In this document: positions 42,801 to 54,800 of the stretch, in pieces
How the letters are laid out: the number at the start of each line of letters is the position of its first letter
Numbering within the stretch: position 1 is the first letter of the stretch
Source of the DNA: Anas platyrhynchos
Lineage: Eukaryota
Direction of reading: 5' to 3'
Length of the DNA: 64,000 nt
Assembly: GCF_047663525.1 (NCBI RefSeq)
Contig: NC_092587.1
Span: 188,995,457-189,059,456, forward strand
Made by a program: the position numbers and the translations under genes
The notes under the pieces: model-generated
Seen by the model: only the letters and a program-made list of their open reading frames with translations
What the model was told of the DNA's origin: nothing
Databases searched by the model: none

Positions 42801-45800
42801 ATTTCTCTTGCAAACTAATTATAAGTGGGAAAAGGTAGTGAAAACAGTTTTAGCATATTCTTACAAATCACTGCATTGGGATGCAGAGTCTTTTAGGTCT
42901 ATGATTCAGCTTTCTCAAAAACTACCAATGATTGAACATTATTTATCAAATTATCAACTATTTGTCAAATTTTACCTACCCAAAATATGGTAGGAAATCT
43001 TGATATTGAAACAATTGCATCTCACAGAAAACATCTACAATAAACAATTTCCTTTGTCTTTGCTGATTTATGAAATGCACTCACTACTGTCTTTGAGTTA
43101 ATTTATAAAGCATCACTATTGTATCACTTACCCATCACAATCTACATGAGTGTATACTTCCATATTAAAAATTGAAAGGAATATTCTCCTACCATAGATC
43201 AATTGATCAAAATTCAAATCACAAATCAAGTGTCTTATGTATGAAGATTAGGGCAAAGTCATTCCAGAACTAGTGAACTTCTACTGGCAAAGCTCTTCCA
43301 ATTTAAAACCAACATAATCTCCAAATATTTTTTCCTCCAGTACTAACAGAGATGAAAAAACTTGCTGTCTTAAGCAGCCATGACTTAAATTATACAAACT
43401 TAAATCACATGAATAAACATTAGCCTCCTAACTGTTTAGGAAGGAAAGCAAAACCACTGAGGTATGTGGAAAAAAAAGATTAAATGAACCATAGAGTTAA
43501 CAGAGGGATGGATAGGCAATTTCTTTCAGTAACAGTTGTAATATCCAAAGGCCTTCATGAGATGCCATATGTTAATTATATGTGTCATCTGATAATACAG
43601 TCATGGACTATAATTAAAACTATTTTTACTAATACAAGAGAAAGTCTGACTGAAATACAGTTGAAACATATTGGCAGAAGACAACAAACTACCGTTATGC
43701 ACTGTCTTCTACAACTATCTTTTTATGAGACTTGATAGAAGGGATCCTCCCATAAGCACTGTGTACATTACTATAAAATGGAAAAGACAGCCATCTGCTC
43801 TAGGGAGTACAGCAGGTTTTTAGTGTCATAATTCAAAATCAAAATTTGAGATAAAATTTCTGAAGCATTGATATGTTGACGTATAGGAGTACCCGATGTA
43901 ATTACCAATTCCAATCTGAAACAGAACATTCTTGTTTGCTGGGTAAAAAATACTTATAATAGCATTTATGCATGGGTCCTCATGGAGTAACAAGAATTAA
44001 CTTACATCATTTAGACTTATGTTGTTTACTGATTCAAACAGTAGGCTATCCAGGTGGCCAAGAGCTTCTGCCCAGATCAGTTCCACAAAATCACTAACTT
44101 GCTGAGATATAGCACTTGAACTTATGGATTCTTCTAGAAGTAACTGTAGTAAAACAAACACAATTCAGTGGAAAGACAAAGATACAACAGGAACTTTCCT
44201 ATTCTCATCAACCATACAGTACACAATACACATTCATGCTTAATATAATTTCTTCAGTTCCATCAACTTGAAGGGAAGTTTTGCCTTTTTAACTCTTTCA
44301 GCTGGAGAGCATGGAAGGCAGGTGGCCGTGATCTACCTTAAAAATTGAGACATAACATCTTGGAGAAGACAGAAGTTGATTTGTTTGGTATCTTCAACAT
44401 GATATTGTACTATCAGGTATGAGGACATAATAGTTTTACACAGCTGGTAAAAGAACAGATAGTTCAAAACCATCAGTGTTATAAAGCACTGGAGATACTC
44501 TAATTGTAGATGTAGTTCTCTGTAAGAAAGCTCTGGTGGGAAAGACATTATTACTGTGAAAACAAAAAATTGGAGTAGTAAAGCAACAGAAGAGTACAAA
44601 GGCAATGAGTATCAGTGCAATTCATATATTCAATAAAAGTTGTGAAAACATATTTTCTTATCTGAGGAACATTCTTAAGTACTTACTTAGGCTTTTTATC
44701 ATTGTTCTTCAACTCTAGCACCTCCCACTAAACTTGATGACATTAAACAATTAGCACACACTACATTACTTGTTTATACAGCATCAGCCATACAAACTCC
44801 TGAGATCCCTAGATGATGTATGTGGGCCACTGCTGGATATATTCTCTATTCCAACTGTGCCATAAAATGTAAGTTACATGGTGGAAGAGAGAAGTAGATG
44901 AAGTACAATGAGAAAGTAAATGGGAAAAAAACTTTCTCTCACAGTGCAAATATTTTAAATAGCAGTAAAACATTGTCTGAAAACTACTTTAGGGAGCAGA
45001 ATCCAACATCTATTGCCACTGGAGGGAGTCCTGTTACTGATTTCAGTAAGATCTATGCCAAGCCTATGACGTCTGTATAGGCTGCAAAATAATGATGACA
45101 AAGTCATACACGATGTAATAATTTTGGTTGCTGTATTAGTACACCCTTCGTTAAAAAAAAAAAAGGTGGTGATAAACCTACAGAGAAAAAAATATAGTGA
45201 GTATGACTGTATTCACTTTTACTGTGTTTAAGTGCTTTGAAGATTTTCTTAATATTCTTAAAACAATTTCAAAACATTTATCTATAAACAATTTCTCTTA
45301 ACCTATGACTGTATGACTGTAATCTAGACAGTGTTTACCACATTCTGAAATTTAGAAATTAAAACAAATAATTAAGGACAGAAAAGTGTAAACAAGTGAA
45401 TTGTACAAGCCTTTTGCAATTTTGTAGAAGCTAACCATCCTGCTTCTGGTGGAAAAGTTTCTCTGAGCAGGAATTCCTGGCTCTTCAGGTTCGCCACCAA
45501 AATATCATAATTTTCTCTTATTTCTTCAGCAGTCTTATTTACTATGAATTGTTTATTATCCTGTAAATTGAAAGAGCAAAGTTAGTTGGAGGAACTATAA
45601 ATAGACGTATAGAATCAATTTTACCAGACGCTGTGCTAACAGCTGACAAATCCACACTCATCTTTTGGATTGTGGTTTATCAGGCTTCTGGCCAGGCCTC
45701 TTCCATGAGGGTTTGTGGGACATGAAGAACGAGCACAGGGCTCTGTATACAAGTTTCACAGTGACAAGTTGTTTAATCTAAATGTGTGCTGGAATAACTT

Positions 45801-48800
45801 TTTCTATTGATTGAGATATCCCAAGTTCATCCCTGATACAGCTCCTTTGATTTGACTTTAATGTTGCTACAATGTCAGTGCTATACCAGAGCACATACAT
45901 AACTCGTAGGCTGAGAAATGTCCTGAGGCTGCCCTCAAGACAGGCTTTTCTGTCTCTCCAGAGGATGCCCACACTATCATTCCTTATCACATTTTTGCAG
46001 TTAAACATCACACAGTTTAGATGTTACCAGGAACATGCATGTATCTGAGGCAGATGCATCTAGAACCATGCTGTGCTGCTGATAAGCTCTAAAGCAGGTC
46101 TTTTGAGAGTTGTAAGCAAACACACAGAGTACAGGAGCCAAATATGAATCAAACTTCTTATGATAAAGCTAATAGAAGGACATCCTACTATCTATACGTA
46201 AGAATCAGCCTGCAGGTAAGAATGAAGAGCATGTAAAGCTCTCTGGGACAGGAGTGTTCAATGTGCATAAAGAAACAAACAGGTAATGTCAACGAGTGGC
46301 TCATACCTTGGTTCCATTTGAAGCACTGAAGTGTGCACACAGTCGAAACAGAAAGTCATGCTGTTCTTGGGTGCACTGTAATTCAATAACTACAAAATCT
46401 TTGCTTCCCATGGAGTTAATCTGAATGGAGAGAGAAATAAAGACCCCGCCCCCCATTTAACGCTTAAGTATGTTTCATTTATGTGATATTGCACCAAATG
46501 TTTCCCCCTGTCCTACTTATTTTTTTCACCCCACTTAGAACCATAAATTTTAGGGCTAAAAAAAAAACCCTCAAAATTATTCATTATTTCCATCATCTTA
46601 ATGAGCAGAAGCTCCTCTCAGGGCTTCCTGTATGATTCCATCATTTCTGTGTTTTGAAAAGCTTTTTAATAAAAATGATTAACATTTACATTAGATTTAA
46701 CACATAATAGCCATTATAATATATATCTAGTCACAAGCATATATGTGTCATTCTACTGCAATACTTTGGTAAGAACACTACACCAATAACAGAGGAGCTT
46801 TATTTTGGTAGAATGAGGCTGCACTGAAGGACAAAAAGTATTGAAGTACTTTACAATACTCCTCTTTGCATTGCAGAACAGGATAACATTAAAGAGTGAT
46901 TGCTGATGTGTATAAAAATGCAAAACTTTTACTCATCTACCGATCATACTACATTCTGTCACAGAAAGAGAAAGGCTTACTTTTTCAAGGATGTTGTATT
47001 TTGCAACTTCAAAATCTCGAGGGAAAAAAGGAGCATCCCGATCATTTTCAGTATAAAATCTAGAATAGAATCAGAGCAATTGAAGTCACGTATGCCCTGT
47101 AAATACTGTGCTGTAACAGGCTGCAACATCACACTACAGCAAGAATTTATATAAGAACATAAATCTGGTTTTCAGCAGCAAAATAACAACAGAAAAGTTT
47201 TGAGAAATAAAATCCCACAGTGACAAACTGCTGACCTACACTAGTAGGCCCAAATGTCTGATGTGAATTTGTAGATGAAGACTAGATTTCAACCTTCATC
47301 CTTTATAAAAAACTATGGAAGCAAGAAAACACACAGATTTTCTTTGCCTGATTGCATGTTAATTTTTTAACAACTTGGTCAGCATTAGTCACCCGTGCTC
47401 CCTGATATTAATTCCTCTCTTATTCTTGATTTTCACATTAGGGTATATTCTTGTAGTCATACCCTTCAGCATTAGGACTTTTAGACATAACTTCTAGTAC
47501 ATTCTGTGAGAGTAACTGAACACCTTCCCTATCACTGAACTGCAGTCTCTGAAAGTGAAAGCTGCATTTTATTAATTCATTTTAAAACATGAGTGTTGGA
47601 GCTGGCTTTGTTCCTTTAAGTCAGTAATTAGTAACAGTTAGAACAATACTCTTTCCCTATCAAATAAGGGCAATCTCATGACCTTGATTTTCAGCTCTCC
47701 CAAGAATTTTTCACGGGAGAGAGAGATGCTCAACACTTCTAAAAACAATGAACTGGACTTGAAAGCAAATAAAAACATAGGTGAACCAAACTAATAAAAA
47801 ATACGTGATGATAAACAGCTGCTGAGTTGGTAGAAACTTTGCATCCATTAATGAGCTGGATTGCAGGTGTTTACTACAAAGACACTACTAGATGGAAAAC
47901 ATAAAATCAATTTCCACAGTCTGATTCAAAGGTACAAAAGATAGAAGTAGTTATAAATTCATACAGATGGTACAGAAAGCGAAGAAAGAATAACTTTTTC
48001 CTTCACTACACTGTTGTTAAGGTACTAAACAATCTCCAGAAGAGATCTTGACTGCTGAAACAGATTGGAAAGTTTATTTTTAATTTTACATAACTATCAA
48101 CATAGATGTATCAAAACACATATTTAATTTTATCATTTTACCTGAGAGTCCCTACTTTGAATGCAACTTTGTTGTCACTTTCTGCTATAACAGTAGGATT
48201 GAGGTCATTGCTTTCATTTTGATTCATGGCATTTTTGTTTTCAGAAGATGACAAGTCTTCCAAACCTGCAATCAAAACATTTATTTACTTGGTAAAATAT
48301 TTGGGTTCTCTAATTTAACTTAACCTAGGATCACCTCTCTTGACCTGCTGGCAATGCTTTGCCAAATGCAGTCAAGAACGCTTTTAGACTTCTTATCACC
48401 AAGGGCACTATTGGTGGCTCATGTTCAATTTGGTGACCCCCCCAGGTCCTTTCCTGCACAGCTGCTTTCCAGCTGTGTGGCCCCTGAGTGTCCTGGTGCC
48501 TGGGGTTGTTCCTCCACAGGTGCAGGGTTTTGCACTCCTTGAGGTTCTTGTCAGACCATTTCCCCAGCCTGTTGAGGACCCTTTGGATGGCAGCTCAACC
48601 CTCTGCTGTATCTGCCACTCCTCCCAGTTCTGTGTCTTCAGCAAACTTGCTGAGCAAACACTCTGCCTCATCATCCAATGAAGACACTGAAGAGAACTGG
48701 ATACAGTATTGACACCTGGGGTACTCTGCTTGTTGCTGGCCTCCAACTAGACTCCGCATCACTGATCACCATCCTCTGGGACCGGCCATTCAACCAGTTT

Positions 48801-51800
48801 TCAATCCACATTGCTGCCTGCCTCTTCAGCCCACAGTTCAATAGCTTATCTATGAGGATCTTATGAGATACAGTGTCAAAGGCCTTCCTGAAGTCCAGGT
48901 GGACAACCCCCACTGTCCACCCCTCATTTACGAGGCCAGCCATTTCATTTTAGAAGCTTATCAAGTTGGTCAAGCATGGGTTCCCCTTGGTGAATCCATG
49001 CTGATTGCTCCTGATGATTTTCTTGTCCTTCATGTGCTTCTGAATGGGTTTTAGGATTAGCTGTTCTATCACCTTTCTTTTCAGAAAAAAAAATCTTACT
49101 TATATCAACTTTATTCTCAGTATCCATGGTTGCTGATTTCTTGAAGCTTGATTTGAAATATTTATTGTGCTTACACCACGCCAAGTATACCTACCGTGTC
49201 TGTCTGGCCATTGGTTCAAAATGTCACCTTGTGATGTATTAACCTCATACGCATCAGTTGGCAAAAGCTTCCCATTTTCAACCGATTTCCAAATGATATC
49301 TGCATGTACAACAGGCAGCTGGTATTTCCGAATAGTTTTTAGATCGTTACAACTGAGGACGTCAGCTGTATCCACAAGAACATGTGTACACTGAAAGACA
49401 GGTTACAATTACAACTGTTATACACACACAACTACAAAATTAATCCAAACTTTGTTTGCAGTCCATACTGGTAAAATCCTAGTCCAAAGGAAACATTTTA
49501 AACACAACCTTTTTGGATCAAATTTCTGATTTAGAGACATGAGACCTATGCAACTTATCCACAGACAACAGGGAGACTAAAATACGGCTAACTTCAGAGT
49601 GTGACCATCTTTCTACAGTAATCACAGAGCTATGAGGGCAGCCAAGTGCCTAACATTCTGTAGACCTTTCAGCAGCACACAGCAGGTCCTATAACAGGCC
49701 AAGCTCTACAGTGGCCAACTAGTTATAAATCCAATACTCTTTGGGATAACAGTATAAAAAAAGGCTGGACAGAGTCCTGAACAATCATAATATGCTTTGT
49801 TAGCCTTATAAAGAACCTTACACTGCTTTACTGGAATCATATATATGATGGAAGTTTAAACTTTCTGCATAGTTTTGATGGTGGAGCTCAAAGGGTTGCA
49901 GTCAATGGGGCCGTACCTGGCTGGTGTCACTAGTGGTGTTCCCCAGGGCTCAGTTCCAGGGCCAGTTCTGTTCAACACTGTTATCAGTGATCTGGATGCA
50001 GGAGTGGAATGCATCCTCAGCAAGTTGGCTGATGATAATAAACTGGGAGGTGCTGATGACTCCCTGGAGGGATGAGGGGCCTTTCAGGGGGTTCTACATA
50101 CATTGGAGCACTGGGCAATCCTCAAGAGCACAAAGCCCAACAAAGGAAAATGCTGGGTGCCGCATCTGATACAACGTAATGCCAGACACAGGTACAGACA
50201 GCGAGAAGAGGCTGGAGGGCAGCTCAGCAGAAAGAGATTTGGAGGTGCTGGTTGACAGCAGGCTCACCTTGAGGCAGCAGCACGCCCTGGGTAAACCACA
50301 TTTTGGGATGCATTAAACACAGCATAGCCAGATGGTCGAGAGGTGATTCTCCTGCTATATTGAGCATTGGTGTGGACCCACCTCTGACATTGTGTGCAGT
50401 GTTTGGCCCCACAACATAAAAAGGATGTTAAGGTGCTTGAAAGCATCCACAGGAGTACAACAAAGCTGGTAAAAGGACTGAAGGGACCCACTAGATCAGG
50501 TTGCGCAGGGCCCCACCTAACCTGGCCTTGAAAGCAGCTTAGAAGATTCTGAATTTAGAGGGCAAAGAAATCCACCATGTCTTTGGAATACTCTTGCTAG
50601 ACCTTAGTATGTTATTCTTCAGTTCTTCACTTTCTCCCCTAAACAGATGTGCATTGTCAGAGTTACCAGGAAAGCTGTTGAGCTCCACACAATATAATGT
50701 GCCTATGATATTCCTTTGCATTCCTTTTCTTAAAAAATAAAAAAATAAAAAAATATTTAATGCCAACTCCTTACGTTATGCACAAATCAATCTATAGATT
50801 CTTGAGGATATCAAATATGTTTTTTGTTGTTTGTAAAATAAGTCACCTATGGAAACTGTGTGTATTAACAGCAGAGTTTAAACTAACTCAGTGCTTTATA
50901 AGGAAATGTTACACAAGAGTGAGGGGGAGAAATTAGTTTGTTCATCATACTGTTCTTAAAATTAAAAAAGTATATAGAGAAAACAATAAAAAATCAAAAT
51001 ATGATGCATTACCTTGTTCCCAAGGCAGATTAGAAGAGCTCTAATATTTATGAGCTTGTTGCAAGTACTAGCTTCGTGGGGGGAGCAAATAAATGTCATT
51101 TTCAAGTGGCAGAAGTGACAAAGCATTATGCCTTCACTATTAAGTGACATAATCCACTCCCTGTCGCCAGCATGTCAATACTTATATTGCTTTGGCATTA
51201 GCATGTTCCTTGGCACTTCTAGACTCCACCAACTCACTTTCCCCAGCTTCCGTGCATGCTTTGGAAGAGGAACATCACCACAACCATTCCCATAAGGCAG
51301 GCTGGATGTGGCCACTTGGCCCTGATGACCAAGAAAGTTCACTAATACAGACATGGCCATGTCATGCTGCCTGGCCACAGTCCCTACAAACACTCCTGGG
51401 TGCAAAATGTGACCTGCTGATTTCATTCCTGTGTGTGTCATAATTTATCCATGCTGCTTGTTCAGTATATACTCAAAACAGAAACCTGTATTTAAATTAA
51501 CAACTGCAGTATCACAGACTTCTAACTCTACAACAATCTTTTCTCTGTAATCAAATGCTTGCATTAGTATAAACAACAACAAGCCCAAAACTCAATTCAG
51601 GGATGTGTCTCATTCAGAGCTTCTGCTCCCTGATGACGTGAGAAGAAAACCAACATGGCAACTTTATTCAGGAAAAAAAGCCTCCCTGATTCTTTTGTAG
51701 GGAGCGAATATTGCTCTTATTCTCTCTCTTTTTTTTTTTTATGAGACATTTCAGTTCTACAGAGATAGATGCATTAGAAACGTAAGCAGAAATATTGAAC

Positions 51801-54800
51801 AGAGAAATAATCTCTACAATCCTTATTTCTTGACATGAGGCAAGATTAACACTCAACAACACTTACACCACTTAGTATTTTCCTTCTGAGATCTCAGAAA
51901 TAAATCTAGAACTTACCTTGCGATTAATCACATAATGAATTTCTCCACCATTTTCTTTTATGCATGCTCTTAGCCTGGTCTTCTCCTGAATGGGCAAGTT
52001 CCTCACTTTAACAAAGAACACACAGTCTGCAAAGATTGTCATTGCCCTTCTGTTAAGACAGAAAAAAGGGGTTTATTTTGACTAAGAAATCTTTCATTTC
52101 TACTACCTACCTAAGTAGTTTCTCACCAAATATTCCCTTTTCAACTCTAGGAAGTTCCACTACAAATCCCATTTTATCAGCATGGTAATCAAATTGACAA
52201 AGATTATCTCTTAATCAGTTTTATTCACTTAAAAAAATAGATACAGAAAATTATTTAGTGTGACTTAATTTTCAGTCAAGTCATGGCTTGAACTAATTGT
52301 CAAACTCATACCTTGACCTTTTGCTGTTAGTATCCACTGTTAGTAAAGTGGAACGATCTTAGTTTAAACTGGAACAACTCTCCTTCTGGTCCCCTTTCAC
52401 ATAGTATCATTATAAAACAACTGTTTTTTCAAGAATATGAACTATTTTTCATGTTTCTACTCAGTGTAATCTGTACATGTAATCTTTAAAAAATATAAAT
52501 TAAAAAGAACTTCAGTAAATTGATCCAGATTAAACACAGCCTAACTACATCAACAAAACCCACAAAAGGATACACCAAGAAATAAAAAACAACCCAGAAC
52601 AAGAGACTAGTTTAAATCCAGTTCTGTTTACTGATTGAATTCATTTCTGGCCTAGGGCAAAGATTTACGCAGGCACAAAGGAATGTAACAAAAATTTACT
52701 GTAACAAAGATTTACACAGGCACTGAAAGTGATGGAGGAGCAGGGGAGAGATGGATGTAGGGTGACTGCTGCTCTTCTCAGCCGTGTCAGCCTAAACTGT
52801 CTGTAAAATAAATCGAATGAAAATTGGCTGTATGTCATTTGTGACAAACTATGCCAAGATATTAGAGGCTGGGAAAGTTTTATTTAATCAGAAGCAGAAT
52901 TTATGACAACAAAATGTAAAGGTAGTCCCTAGTTTAAGCCACTACAATGCATAATCATTGCATATTCATTTTCCTGGAGACTTGTGAGTGTAAAATTATT
53001 CTTATTTTAAAAACTGATGACGAATGATAAAGAAAATGATAGTGTAAATGACAACACTACGCAGAGCACTGAGCTCTTTATACAGCATATCACAGCTTCA
53101 GCACATCACAGCTTTTCCAGGGTTTCAGAGCCTTTCACTGGTAAACAAAAGGGGTAAAACTAAGTGTGAGCTAGAGGACTTAGTGATAAAGTGAGTTCAC
53201 AGAGAACCTCAAATTAATTTCCCCACTACACATATTTGAAGCATCGTGCCCAATTTAGTTTTCTCGGAAAGGCATTCAGACAGTATGCCACAAAACCACT
53301 TTGGGAACTCCTGACAACCAAAAGATTTGCCTTAAATTTGCATTGCTGCTCCAAGCCAAACTGCTAATGCTACAGGAACTAATATAAAGAGAATGTATGC
53401 TTGTAAAGCAAACTATTCAGATCATAAATTCTTTTTTTGAATGATTATTTGGCTGCCAGTAAGCCATGGCCATATTTCAGCAGGGGGGGGGGGTTAGTAT
53501 CAGTGTCGTTGGTAAAAACTTGTTTTTACTCAAATTGTTTATATTTCTGAAAGGGCTATTTGATAATGTAAATTTTCCACAGTGACTTAAGGACAAATAC
53601 TTTTAAATGTGGGATAACTGGAGAAAAAAAAAAAAAAAGACGATCCAAAGTATTTGGCCTCTCCAATTTCATCCTGAAATCACAGAATGCGGCAAAACAA
53701 ACAAGAAATTGCTTGTTTGAAAATAAACATAGTTCTTCTGTCGGCCAAAAATGTCAGAAATTAACTGCCCTCTCTCTTGGACAAGCCATTCAGAGCAAAA
53801 ATGCCATTTCTCCAAATTGATGAGAGCTCCCACATACATGGCAGATTGTGGTTAAGCTCCTGTCCTTCTACTCCTAGAAACAAACAATGATGTTAAAAAC
53901 CTCAAAAAGGAAAGCAGAAGCTGTTTGAACTACTTTCATTTACCACTTTATATTTTTATGTGCTATGTTAGAACTGTTTCTGTAGCAGTCTTTTAGGACT
54001 AAAATCTAACCTGTCACTGAATTACCCAACCGGTTCTTCTGGCTTACAAATTCATATTGATCACCAATATTGGCACCAATGCCTTTACAAGGCCAACAAA
54101 GCTTTTACATCAAATCTGTTCATTTTTGATTTAGTGTTGAGAGAAAACAACCCAAAAGATATTAACAAGGCAGAGAAAATTTTTAAGTGACGCTGACCAT
54201 GGCATTTCAAAAGTGGTGTGTTTTAACCCTGGTAAGCAGCTAAGCTTGCCAGTCCCTCACTGCCCCTCACTCTCAGCTGGATGAAGGGAAGGGAGTCAGA
54301 AGGCAAAAGTTAGAAACCTCCTGGGTTGAGATAAAGCCAGTTTAGGAAAGGAAAAACAAAAACCAACCAACCAAAAAAAAAAAAAAAAAAGAAACAAAGA
54401 TGGAATATGTGTATTTTCTTACTCTATGGCATATTGGATTTTCAGTGAATGCAAATAAAGCTGTTCTTCACTGCAGTAAAAACTCTCAGATGGCCAGAGA
54501 CGGGGGCAACAAAATTCATTTGAACTTAGGGTTTCAGGAAAACCTAGAAAATCAACACTATCAGACACAATTATATATATATATAAAGTCTGATTTCATA
54601 CAGGTAATCTATAGGAAGGGACCCCAAATCATCTACTACCCTACACATCTGAGAGAACTGGCAACACTGCAGTGATGATACATGTGTTTAGGTGAGGCAG
54701 ACAGCAGATCAAGGATCAAAGGACACATGAAATCACTATACACTTATATTTTGTGACTCTTGTGTTCTGCTGTCTGGCATTACCAGTGGTTTTGCCATAA

